Virus record (IMG/VR): IMGVR_UViG_2869965101_000006
Source: a virus
Lineage: Duplodnaviria > Heunggongvirae > Uroviricota > Caudoviricetes
DNA: 36,398 bases
Direction: 5' to 3' (one strand)
Part shown: positions 1 through 11,275 of the stretch, piece after piece
Layout: each line of letters opens with the position of its first letter
Numbering within the stretch: the first letter of the stretch is position 1
Made by a program: the position numbers and the translations under genes
Notes under the pieces: generated by a model
The model's database searches: none
Seen by the model: only the letters and a program-made list of their open reading frames with translations
Told to the model about the DNA's origin: nothing

Positions 1-61
1 GGTATCCGTTCTGCTGAAGTGTCATGGCGTTGATTTTACGGTGACTCTTCGACAGTGAAAA

Positions 62-83
62 GAAAAAAGGCCGCAGAGCGGCC
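62..83 (-). terminator. putative rho-independent terminator ending the int-orf120-orf146 unit
   Basis: GC stem ggccgc/gcggcc (69..83) preceded on the plus strand by an A-run (62..68), i.e. a U-tract after the stem on the minus strand; lies downstream of the 209..649 ORF. Confidence 0.45.
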
Positions 84-208
84 ATAAACACAAGTAAAAA
101 TCAACAAGTTAGATAATTATCAAAGACTTACAGACACACAAAAACACAGCCAACCACAACAAATAACAGGGATGTGGTCACTTTGTGGATCATATCGCCG
201 CCATAAAT

Positions 209-649
209 TTACTTAATAACAGTAACCACAGCCACAAGCACGGCCATCGCAGACAGGACAATACCTGTGAGTAACCAAGTCTGATTTGCAAATGATTTCT
301 GAAGTTCAGTACGATGCTCAGCCATCTCAACTTTCAGAGACTGGCGTAAATCAGCCATCTCAGACTTCAGGGATTGGCGCGATTCTGCCATCTCAAGCCT
401 CAACCCTTCGCGAATCTCCAGTACATCAGATTTGGTAGCAAAGGATTCGCTTCTTGTAGTGAGAGTAATCAGGTTGTTTTTGATTTCAGTCACATCACTT
501 TCCAGGCAACTGACCCGCCGTTCAAGGTCGTCATTCATGCCATCACCTCCATCATTACCACTTCCTGTTACTTGGTTGTTGGATACATTATAGGCATTCT
601 CTTTCTTTTTTCTGAACCGCGAAATATGTGCAACATTCTCTGCCATCAC
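209..649 (-). CDS. hypothetical membrane-anchored coiled-coil protein (146 aa)
   Basis: ORF start overlaps the stop of the upstream ORF; polar Gly/Asp-rich N-terminus, three 11-residue repeats (SLKSEMADLRQ-like) and a C-terminal hydrophobic helix (LLTGIVLSAMAVLVAVVTVI). Confidence 0.5.
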   Translation of the reverse strand: MMAENVAHISRFRKKKENAYNVSNNQVTGSGNDGGDGMNDDLERRVSCLESDVTEIKNNLITLTTRSESFATKSDVLEIREGLRLEMAESRQSLKSEMADLRQSLKVEMAEHRTELQKSFANQTWLLTGIVLSAMAVLVAVVTVIK

Positions 650-1008
650 TTCTCATCACCCTGCTTGCCTACCCAGTTCATAAAGGCCCGGGCCGAGTAA
701 CGATGAACAAACCCACATCTGTTACAGGTAAGTCGGAATTCATAGTTATGGATATTTTCCCGATCATGTCCCTCATATCCCGGATACCCAGTAAATGGAC
801 CGATGTAATCAAGCATAACAAAAGTGCCTAAATCACACTCCTCAGCAGTTTTCGGCTCAGGCCCCACCTCAACAATATTCGTCAAATACATGTACATATC
901 CGTATCGCCACACGACAAACATTTTTCATTCGTAGACGACTCATTGAGAAAACGCGCAAAATTATCGAGCGTTGCCATTCTTTTAAGTTCATCTAAATGA
1001 AACTTCAC
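646..1008 (-). CDS. hypothetical protein with two Cys pairs (CLSCG...CNRCG), possible zinc ribbon (120 aa)
   Basis: ORF with GTG start 2 nt after the int stop and stop overlapping the next ORF start; no family recognised. Confidence 0.45.
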   Translation of the reverse strand: MKFHLDELKRMATLDNFARFLNESSTNEKCLSCGDTDMYMYLTNIVEVGPEPKTAEECDLGTFVMLDYIGPFTGYPGYEGHDRENIHNYEFRLTCNRCGFVHRYSARAFMNWVGKQGDEK

Positions 1009-1010
1009 TC

Positions 1011-1988
1011 TTAAGCACCTCCTAGTGGATTAAACCTCACCGCATCCTGCAGGTAATCCGGCGCAAGATGGGCATAAATCATCGTTGTCTGAATCTTTGC
1101 GTGCCCCAGAATTTTCTGGAGCGTCAGAATATTGCCGCCGTTCATCATGAAATGACTGGCGAAGGTGTGGTGCAGCGCATGAACAGCCTGGCCGTCAGGA
1201 ACATCAGGTGCGACCGTTTTGATGACATCGCGAACCAATGAATAATCCAGCGTCGGAAACACCAGTTTCCCGCCCCGTTTTTTGATCTTTTCAAACAGGC
1301 TTTCAGAAATAGGAACGGTACGGTTTTTGCTGTTCTTCGTTTTTGAAAAAGTGATTCGACAATGAAGAACACGGCGCTGCTCCAGTGCCGCTACCTCGCC
1401 CCATCGCGCCCCGGTCGACAGAAGGATTTCGACAGCCAGTCGTTCATCGGGATTTTCAGCCAGTGCATCCAGCAACTGAACACATTCAGACTTACTCAGA
1501 TATCCCATTTCGCGCTCCTTAACCTTCATTCCTTTAAGGCCTTGAACGGGGTTATCGTTAAGAAAATGGCCGGATGAGATGAGTGCGGTAAACATCGCGC
1601 TTAACGCCCCAATCTCTCGATTTATGGTGCTGGGCTGTATCCCCTGCTCTATCCTGGACACACGTAGCTCGGTGAGCATCGTTGTATTAAGTTTATGCAC
1701 GCACGGGTCATCCATTGCTTCACTCAAGCGCAGCAATTTAAGGCGCGTGTTATGCCCTGACTTCATTAGCTGGCCGTGGTATTTCCACCACAAGTCAATA
1801 AGCACTGACAGAGGACGGCGATCAATAGAGTTTCCTTTCCACTCATTGTTATGCTGTTGCGCCAGCACCCACCGCTCATATAAAACTGCATCCGATTTCG
1901 TTTTAAATTTTTTGCGAATGCGTTTGCCTTTACGCCCCTCAGGGCACATGTCAAGAAGATACCCTCCCAGAATTGATTTTATGCTCAT
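1011..1988 (-). CDS. int: P2-type tyrosine integrase
   Basis: Start taken at internal Met (MSIKSILGG...) so as not to overlap the repressor; recalled similarity to P2 Int along the whole length, including the C-terminal HALHHTFAS...GHAKIQTTMIYAHL catalytic region. Confidence 0.9.
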   Translation of the reverse strand: MSIKSILGGYLLDMCPEGRKGKRIRKKFKTKSDAVLYERWVLAQQHNNEWKGNSIDRRPLSVLIDLWWKYHGQLMKSGHNTRLKLLRLSEAMDDPCVHKLNTTMLTELRVSRIEQGIQPSTINREIGALSAMFTALISSGHFLNDNPVQGLKGMKVKEREMGYLSKSECVQLLDALAENPDERLAVEILLSTGARWGEVAALEQRRVLHCRITFSKTKNSKNRTVPISESLFEKIKKRGGKLVFPTLDYSLVRDVIKTVAPDVPDGQAVHALHHTFASHFMMNGGNILTLQKILGHAKIQTTMIYAHLAPDYLQDAVRFNPLGGA

Positions 1989-2037
1989 TCGTGAAACCCC
2001 AGCGTTACAAGACCACCATGCCCCCAGCGTTCTATGA

Positions 2038-2346
2038 TTAGCCGGGCTGTGTACCAGTCTTGCGGGATTTTTGAGAAGACGATGTGTTTTCTGGCCCATC
2101 AGGGGAGAGAGAGGGACTGATCTGCCCAGCAGCCTCATTTGTTTTTCCCGTCATAAGCCAATTCATGTACTTAAAAAAGCGAGGGTGATTAACAATCTTG
2201 ATAAGCACTTCGCCCCCTATGTTTTCAATCCGCCCCGTTTCATAACGACGCAAAGTGCCGATAGGCACATCAATCAGGCCGCAAAATTCTTCGCGCGTTA
2301 AATCCTCTGATTCACGAATCACTCTAATTTTTTCACCGATAAGCAT
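2038..2346 (-). CDS. C: P2 C-type immunity repressor
   Basis: About 100 aa, divergent from cox; HTH-like N-terminus and a C-terminus (SSSQKSRKTG) resembling P2 C; start chosen at internal Met. Confidence 0.7.
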   Translation of the reverse strand: MLIGEKIRVIRESEDLTREEFCGLIDVPIGTLRRYETGRIENIGGEVLIKIVNHPRFFKYMNWLMTGKTNEAAGQISPSLSPDGPENTSSSQKSRKTGTQPG

Positions 2347-2442
2347 TGACAGTGTCCCTATAAGTACACTAAGCTTGCGCACAAGGTGTACTTATAAGCA
2401 CACCAAGTCACAAACAACCACAGATAGCGCAGGTTATCACAC
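2347..2442. promoter_or_regulatory. immunity switch region (divergent early/repressor promoters with operator repeats)
   Basis: Intergenic between divergent C and cox; direct repeats ctataagtacac (2358..2369) and cttataagcacac (2391..2403); TTGACA at 2346..2351. Confidence 0.5.
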
Positions 2443-2721
2443 ATGGCAAAAGTCCTGAACACACACGAACAGGCAGACTTTGAGCGTTTAGCAGCGTTCT
2501 ATCCCTACCGCGATGAGCATGGGTTACCAGTACTTGAAGAAAGCCTGAAAGATTACGCAAAGCGTACCAACCAAGCTGTTAACACAGTGAAAAGACAGGC
2601 TGACAGAGGTTCAATTCCCATCAACCAAGATGAAAAGAACTCAAGACGCACAGTAAATCTCTTCGCTCTTTTCCTGAAAACAATCAGGAGCGCAGAAAAA
2701 TACGTGCAGATGACAAAATAA
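2443..2721 (+). CDS. cox: Cox-like small early protein (92 aa)
   Basis: Position immediately rightward of the C/Pe switch and size match P2 cox; sequence identity not verified. Confidence 0.55.
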   Translation: MAKVLNTHEQADFERLAAFYPYRDEHGLPVLEESLKDYAKRTNQAVNTVKRQADRGSIPINQDEKNSRRTVNLFALFLKTIRSAEKYVQMTK

Positions 2722-2735
2722 CGAGGTGTCATTTT

Positions 2736-3074
2736 ATGCTGAAGCAACGCCGTAATTTTCGTACCGGAACAGAACGCCACGCTAACCGTTTCACTACCAG
2801 TGCATCACGCAGCAACATCCGCTACAGCCTGAGTGATACACACGCAACGCAGGATGGCTACCCAGTAAAACAAATCGGCGAGCACACCTGGCTGATTGAG
2901 AAAGCTGGAATCGTGATCCACAAATGCCCACGCAATCCGTTTACCGGAAACCGCATTTTTGCATTGAGCTGTGGCGACAATCAGTTCGGGCAGGATTTCA
3001 CATTATACGAAGCACTTCGCACGATTGATCGTCTGCTTCGCGGGCAAAGTTTTATTAAACAGACTGATTTATAA
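2736..3074 (+). CDS. hypothetical early-region protein (112 aa)
   Basis: ORF with upstream GAGG-like RBS, in the early operon. Confidence 0.45.
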   Translation: MLKQRRNFRTGTERHANRFTTSASRSNIRYSLSDTHATQDGYPVKQIGEHTWLIEKAGIVIHKCPRNPFTGNRIFALSCGDNQFGQDFTLYEALRTIDRLLRGQSFIKQTDL

Positions 3075-3084
3075 CAGGTGCTTT

Positions 3085-3372
3085 ATGACCAAAGACCATG
3101 CACAAGGTGTATTTATCCGTTTTATTGATTTTCGCGGTGAACTGTTATTACGTGCATCCGCTATTGACGGAGTGACTCCGGCGGGTAAAAACGGAGCCGA
3201 CGAAGCCACTTACGTTTATCTGAACGGCACGCGACTGCTTGTGGAACTTCCGTACCAGACCGTACGAGAAATCATTAGCGAAGCTGAAAAGGCACGCCAG
3301 GTTAATGGCGATGAACCCTATATCGAAATTATTTGTATGGATTCAGAAGCTGAAATACAGAAAGCAGATTAA
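3085..3372 (+). CDS. hypothetical early-region protein (95 aa)
   Basis: ATG at 3085 inside a longer six-frame ORF; co-directional with the early operon. Confidence 0.45.
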   Translation: MTKDHAQGVFIRFIDFRGELLLRASAIDGVTPAGKNGADEATYVYLNGTRLLVELPYQTVREIISEAEKARQVNGDEPYIEIICMDSEAEIQKAD

Positions 3373-3383
3373 AGGGCGTTGTG

Positions 3384-3620
3384 ATGGGCAAAGAATATAA
3401 AACTCTCATTAACAAAGCACTTGAGCGTTTTTATTTTCGCTTAAGTGCATCAGGCGCTCATGCTGAACGTGCGGCCCGTGACTCATTGACCAGAGCAATC
3501 CGAAGTCTGTATGACGTGGCTTTTTACGCTGATGATCTGGATGCACTTAACGAACTTTCCGAGCTGATCTGTGCCGCAGTGGATTTGCCCCTATATTTCC
3601 AGACATCTGTTATCACTTAA
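3384..3620 (+). pseudogene. early-region ORF truncated by IS2; C-terminus now encoded by IS2 end sequence
   Basis: ORF runs into the IS2 terminal sequence at 3580; its last residues ([11 protein letters not shown]) are identical to the IS2-derived tail that also replaces the ogr C-terminus. Confidence 0.5.
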
Positions 3621-3844
3621 CCCATTACAAGCCCGCTGCCGCAGATATTCCCGTGGCGAGCGATAACCCAGCGCACTATGCGGATGCCATTCGTTATAAT
3701 GCTCGAACGCCTCTGCAAGGTTCTTTGCTGCCGTTAACCCGTCTGGTTTGGGCATGATACTGATGTAGTCACGCTTTATCGTTTTCACGAAGCTCTCTGC
3801 TATTCCGTTACTCTCCGGACTCCGCACCGCCGTGTTCTTCGGTT
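3580..3844 (-). mobile_element. IS2 remnant (one terminus plus 3' end of insD), about 265 bp
   Basis: 3580..3844 is identical to 33056..33320 of the full IS2 copy; the element is cut off by IS911 at 3845. Confidence 0.8.
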
Positions 3845-3916
3845 TGAAGTGGCACACTGAATTTGGCCACCTGAACAGAGGTGATATGCTCACCTCAGAA
3901 CAACACAGGTGCTCCA

Positions 3917-4338
<422 letters not shown>

Positions 4339-4609
4339 TTACGCAGTCAGGTACTTGAGCTACATGGCATCAGCCATGGTTCGGCCGGAGCAAGAAGCAT
4401 CGCCACAATGGCAACCCGGAGAGGCTACCAGATGGGACGCTGGCTTGCTGGCAGGCTCATGAAAGAGCTGGGGCTGGTCAGCTGTCAGCAGCCGACTCAC
4501 CGGTATAAACGTGGTGGTCATGAACATGTTGCTATCCCTAACTACCTTGAAAGGCTGAACCGCCCCGGGAATCCTGGAGACTAAACTCCCTGAGAAAGAG
4601 GTAAACAGG

Positions 4610-4932
4610 ATGACTAAAAATACTCGTTTTTCCCCCGAAGTCCGTCAGAGGGCGATTCGTATGGTTCTGGAAAGTCAGGGCGAATATGACTCACAGTGGG
4701 CGGCAATTTGTTCCATTGCCCCAAAGATTGGCTGTACACCGGAGACTCTGCGTGTCTGGGTACGCCAGCATGAGCGGGATACCGGAGGCGGTGATGGCGG
4801 GCTCACCACCGCTGAACGTCAGCGTCTGAAAGAGCTGGAACGTGAAAATCGTGAACTGCGCCGCAGTAACGATATCCTTCGCCAGGCTTCCGCTTATTTT
4901 GCGAAGGCGGAGTTCGACCGCCTCTGGAAAAA

Positions 4933-4936
<4 letters not shown>
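4610..4936 (+). CDS. IS629 OrfA
   Basis: 108-aa [24 protein letters not shown]..., IS3-family OrfA. Confidence 0.9.
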
Positions 4937-6395
<1,459 letters not shown>

Positions 6396-6406
6396 TGACC
6401 ACTTCA

Positions 6407-7012
6407 AACCGCAAAAAAGCGAACGTCATGCGCCCGGTGGAGTACCAGAACGGCGAAGCATTCACTATCCGTAACGTACGGGTTATGCCTGAATCCATTC
6501 CGGCTGGCTTTAAGGCACTGGCTGACATGAGTCCGTTTGAATCCCTGCTGATTGTGGATTTGGGCGGAACCACGCTGGATGTGGCAAAGGTTCAGGGGCA
6601 ACTGGCAGGTATCAGCCAGGTGTTTTGCGATCCACACGTGGGCGTTTCTCTGATGGCCGATGCCGTACTGTCGGTGATGGCCACTAACGGTATGCGCACC
6701 AGTCACCACATCGCCAATACCATTATCGAACATCGCCATGATGAAGCCTGGCTGCGCCAGCACATCCACAATGACGCGCATTACGCCAGCCTGATGGCGG
6801 TAATTCGTGAAAAGGAAGAAACACTGAAACAACGCGTGATCCGCGCGCTGGCGGGTTTTTCGGGTTACGGGCGGGTGATGGTTGTCGGTGGAGGGGCGGA
6901 GATTGTGGCACCCGCTATCCGCGAAGCCTGCGGAGTTAATGCGACTTTCATCGCGGACGGGGTGCCACAGTTTGCTCTGGTTAATGGGCTGTACGCAATG
7001 GACAAGGAGTAA
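6407..7012 (+). pseudogene. parM/stbA-like actin-type segregation ATPase, 5'-truncated by the IS911 boundary
   Basis: Reading frame begins exactly at the IS911 end; translation (…TFTIRNVRVMPESIPAGF…LLIVDLGGTTLDV…) matches the C-terminal ~200 aa of plasmid R1 ParM as recalled. Confidence 0.7.
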
Positions 7013-7016
7013 ACCA

Positions 7017-7328
7017 ATGACGACTCCAACCAGACGGATAAGTTTCTATCTGAAGCCCACCGCCGTCAAGAACGAAGGAGAAGCATGCGCCTGGCTGGAC
7101 AGCCTTACACCAGAAGCCCGCAAAAGCGGCCAACGCGTGGCTTTTCTGGCCGGGCTGGCACTTCTGAAAATGAATCCGGCAGAGGCTTATCGACTGGCTG
7201 CATGGGCTGGTGATGAAGCGTTATCAGTGACACAAACCAGGACAGAACGCCCCACATCACAGCCAGTATCAACCGCACAGATAACCAGTCAGATGGCCGG
7301 AAATATCCGGGCGTTATTTCCTGAATAA
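7017..7328 (+). CDS. parR/stbB-like centromere-binding protein
   Basis: ATG at 7017 just after the parM stop; N-terminus (RISFYLKP…AWLDSLTPEARKSGQRVAFLAGLALL) resembles R1 ParR. Confidence 0.65.
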   Translation: MTTPTRRISFYLKPTAVKNEGEACAWLDSLTPEARKSGQRVAFLAGLALLKMNPAEAYRLAAWAGDEALSVTQTRTERPTSQPVSTAQITSQMAGNIRALFPE

Positions 7329-7391
7329 CACAACATCAGGGCGAGTTCGCCCTGCTCTCCACCTCAGAACATAAACAAGGAGAACGACTTA

Positions 7392-7982
7392 ATGAGCGAA
7401 ATCAACTATCAGGCATTACGTGAACGTTATTCACCTGTGCCAGTACCGAAATGCCCTATTTGCGGCGAGGAAATGTCAATTCAGCGAATATCTGGAGCAC
7501 AGGTTGTTTATGCCTGCTCCGGTTATGGTGATGATGGAGATTTCAAAATTGGCCGAACTCTTGCTGACGAACATTATGAAAAATCACGCGTAACAGTGTT
7601 GGATGTCGGGGATCCTGAAGTATTGGCGCTACTTGATTGGCTGGAAACCAAAGACAACCGAATCGCTGAACTGGAAAAAATCGCCACTGACTATGCACTT
7701 AAATTCCAGAAAGCACAGGACGCATTAAAGCATGCCGCTTTGCTGCATAGCAGGACGGCGCAACAAACAAATAATTTTGCAGTATCGCTTCCGGACATAA
7801 GCGAATATTTCATTAATGACGTATTTCAGCCCTTGCGATACGAGCGGGATGTTGAAAGAGCCATCATAAAGGCTGGCGGAAAAGCATTGTGGCAGGAGAA
7901 ACACGAGGACAGAACGCATCAGTCATGCGATGTAAATTGTGGATGGTTTAGCCCACTGACGACAGATAAAAATAACACCTGA
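7392..7982 (+). CDS. Ea22/Ead-like prophage protein with Cys-pair motif (196 aa)
   Basis: N-terminus MSEINYQALRE… recalls the lambda Ea22 family; CPICGEE and CDVNCGW motifs; AAGGAG RBS. Confidence 0.45.
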   Translation: MSEINYQALRERYSPVPVPKCPICGEEMSIQRISGAQVVYACSGYGDDGDFKIGRTLADEHYEKSRVTVLDVGDPEVLALLDWLETKDNRIAELEKIATDYALKFQKAQDALKHAALLHSRTAQQTNNFAVSLPDISEYFINDVFQPLRYERDVERAIIKAGGKALWQEKHEDRTHQSCDVNCGWFSPLTTDKNNT

Positions 7983-8472
7983 TCCCCCTCAAACTAGGGC
8001 GATAATCGCACATCGCCCTGCTGCACAATAGTGCACAAATTTGCACAATTTTTTTGAACGAATTTTTGCCCTTCCAGCCCGCGTGGCGGCTGGATCCGTC
8101 AAGGATCCGTGCGTGCACAAAAAAACGCGCTTTTTCTGCGCGCAGGTGACGGGGGAACAGCCCGCGTTTCAGGGGGTAAATAGCGTTCCCTTAACGATGT
8201 CGCAGCGACACGACAGAATGGCCGTATTTCTCACGCTGAGCGTGAAAAATACGTGAGGGATTCTGATTTGATGGGGTGAAAGGTAAGGCCGTCAAAATCG
8301 CACTGAGGCGGCGAGAACATGCAGTCAACGCGGTGGGATTGCGTAAGAGTCTGACCGTCGATGGTGGCGATAAACTGGAAGGCGTCGTGAAATTATCTGA
8401 CTGATACAGGAGCTGGAGAGTCGGGGCATAAATTTTTTATGCCCCGGCGAAGCAGCAGACAAGCGAAGCGCG

Positions 8473-9525
8473 TCAGGATGTGGGCTGGATGTCTAACAGT
8501 GCGTAAGGGTTAAAGCGGATCACCTCTTCGCCAAGCCAGTCATTGATGTGCTTCATGGCCTCCATGACGGGCATCAGCTCGTTAATTGCGTAAACCCGCG
8601 CGGCCTTCTCCACATCACCAAACGCACTTTTTTCACCCGGCATCGCCCCCATCAGTTGCGGCGGAACGCGGTGCGCAGCCAGCACATCATCACGGGATGC
8701 CGCCTTAACATTCATGAACTCATCCTTTGCGGTGATCTGCTGGAACGGCAAAATTTGCACCCCCTCTTTGCCCCCGTTGGGCGCATGAATGAGCACGTTT
8801 TTAAACGCACCACCACCACGCGCACCCTGTAGCGTTTCTTTCAGGGAGTCCATGCTTTCGCGGTTTACCTGCGCGGCACCGATGTAGATGATGCACCCGG
8901 CGTGGGATCCGTTGTCGTAATACAGTTTTCTGAACATGTCCGCCGAATGAGACAGGCTGGCCGAGAGTAATGCGCCGAGATATTCCGGCATGCCGTAGAT
9001 TTCCTGGTTAATGTCAGGATTCATCAGGTGACACACTTTGCCTGGGCGAAACTGAAACGCATCCTTGCCATCCTGCACATACCACCATGATTCAAGATCG
9101 CTTCCGCGTCGCATGTATTTCGCCAGGGCGTGCCGTAATTTAAGCGGTTCGCCGAGCATATTGCTTCGAAGCTCAAGGAATGCGTTACCGAACACAAACC
9201 AGTCCAGCGCCAGCGCCAGCGCCGAGAAATCCTACCGGGAAAGCAGCGGGTGCGGGATGTAGCAACCGAGCAATACATTGCGCTTAAAGTAAAGCGCAGA
9301 CTGATGCCAAGACGTTTGCCGGGCAGCTCTTGCCAGACCGTACCAGTCCACCGGGGGTTCATACCACCGCCCGTTATCAGCACAGTACATATTGTCCAGC
9401 AGGTCATGCCCGGTCAGGCGATAAGGACCATCAAATGTGAATGCACTGAGCGATGATTCTTTCCTGAGCGCATCAGCGAGATCAATGCGTGAACTCATGC
9501 GCACTTTTTTATTTTTTCTGCTCAT
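8473..9525 (-). pseudogene. portal protein (P2 Q-like) with in-frame TAG
   Basis: Two six-frame ORFs (9232..9525 and 8473..9195) are in the same frame, separated by a TAG at 9232..9234 on the minus strand. Confidence 0.8.
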
Positions 9526-11275
9526 CAGAACTCCATAACCGTGAAACGCTCGTTTTCTCCTTCGCCGCCAATCGGTTCGTTAATGACAGCAAGCATGGTT
9601 ACCCACGCAAGGTCGCCGTGGCTGATCCCCCTCGCTCGGTCCGTTTCGTAAGTGATAAAGCCGCCCGGTGTTTTCACCTTACGCACGGCGTTAAAGGCCG
9701 CGACCAGCTCGCGTTCGGCGCGATCGTATTCCCACCGCCCGGCACGCATTATTTGCAGCATTTTCAGTACCAGCGACCGTTTTGATGACAGCGTGAAGGT
9801 GTACGGAATAGCGGCAGGGAAAAACCGTTTCACTATCTGATAAACAGCCTCCCCGTTCCCGCCCGTCACATCAATGCCGATGTGTTCCACGTTGTAGCGA
9901 CACGTGAACTCTTCAATGACTCTGGCCTGTTCTTCAAACTCCAGCCCCTGAACGCGTCGCGTCTCCACCGTTCGAAAACGGCCACCAGGAACAGACGGAG
10001 GAACCACCACGGACACAGCGCCGCTGTCGCCGTTGCCACTGCTGCCGTTTGCGTCATACCCAATCCATACCGGACGATTCCCCATCGGGCGGGGAGCAAA
10101 AGGTTTCCAGTCTTTCCAGTCGTCGTATCCGTCAACGCCGCAGCCAATCAGGATATTCAGGTTAAATGCCGATTCCCCTTCGCGGACAAACTCGCACATA
10201 TAGAGATTGAGGAACTCGTCTTCGGTGTTTTCATCACGAATTTCGTCGATATCGGTGTGTTTCCAGCCGTGATTAACCACATCTTCCAGCGTGACAATTT
10301 GCCGCCACGTCCGGTCAGGGCAGATAAGCCCGTTATGCAGCGTTTTCCAGTCCACAGAAAAACGCTGGCGTTTATGCGAGGCCTTTTTCTCGTTCCAGCG
10401 GTCGCCGTTCCAGTAGGCGTATGCCTCGTGCGTTTCGGTGGATGGCGTGGAGAAGTAGGTGCGCCGCAGTCCGCTGAGGGTTGCCATAGCGCCAGCCACC
10501 TTGCGCAGTTCAGCAAAGCGACTGACCCAGAAAAATTCATCAAAATAAAAATTGCCCGTATAGGACTGTGCCGACGCAGCAGAAGTGCCGAGAAAATGCA
10601 GCTCTGCGCCGTTGGAGAGGATGATTTTATCGCCCCCTTTCAGCTCCACATCAACTTCAGCCGCGCCTTCTGAATAATGCTTTTAAACTGGAACGCCTGA
10701 CGACGCGACGCAGACAAAAAAATCTGGTTACGCTGGTAAGGTTGCGCCACATCGTCACGCAGCGCCATCAGCAGTGCTTCCTGTGCAAAATACCAGGTCG
10801 CCCCAATCTGTCGGGATTTCAGGATCATCCTGTTACGTATCCCGGCTTCCCTGCAAAGGGTCAGGGAGTCAAACCAGCCCCGCTGATGCCACTCCAGCCT
10901 GCTGATGATTTTTTCCCGCAGTGCGGCAATCTGTTCCGGCGTGAAATGATTTTTGAGTTTTTTCGCCCGGCCTTTCTTTCCTGCGGCCATCACATCCGGC
11001 TGGCCATCATGCAGCTTTTTAAGCTGCCGGGTCAGCAGGTCTATTTCCTTAAAGTCACCGCCTGTTTTATTCTGTTTTTCAGTAAGCTGGATGAGGCGCG
11101 CATCGATGGACTGCGTGACACGCTGCCCGGGTGGCGTTTCATCCCACTGGTCACGTTTTTTCCACGCATAAATCGTGTTCGGGTTTATTCCCATCAGACG
11201 TGATATTTCTGCGGGCGGATAACCCTGCCAGTAAAGTTGCCGCGCACGCTGGCGCACAAAAGCGTCCTGAATCAT
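9525..11275 (-). pseudogene. terminase large subunit (P2 P-like), frameshifted
   Basis: N-terminal ORF (10640..11275) and C-terminal ORF (9525..10649) are in different frames. Confidence 0.8.

Noticed and set aside
1-208. tRNA gene or attachment-site core at the prophage ends (also checked 34388..34640)
   Set aside because: No cloverleaf-compatible sequence or obvious direct repeat between the two ends recognised by eye; the prophage ends cannot be fixed without the empty-site sequence.
8083-8103. cos (cohesive end) site
   Set aside because: Only a partial resemblance (GCGTGGCGG) to recalled P2/186 cohesive-end sequences; too weak to call.
9882-10673. 263-aa plus-strand ORF
   Set aside because: Antisense to the terminase gene, whose minus-strand frame carries the recognisable homology.
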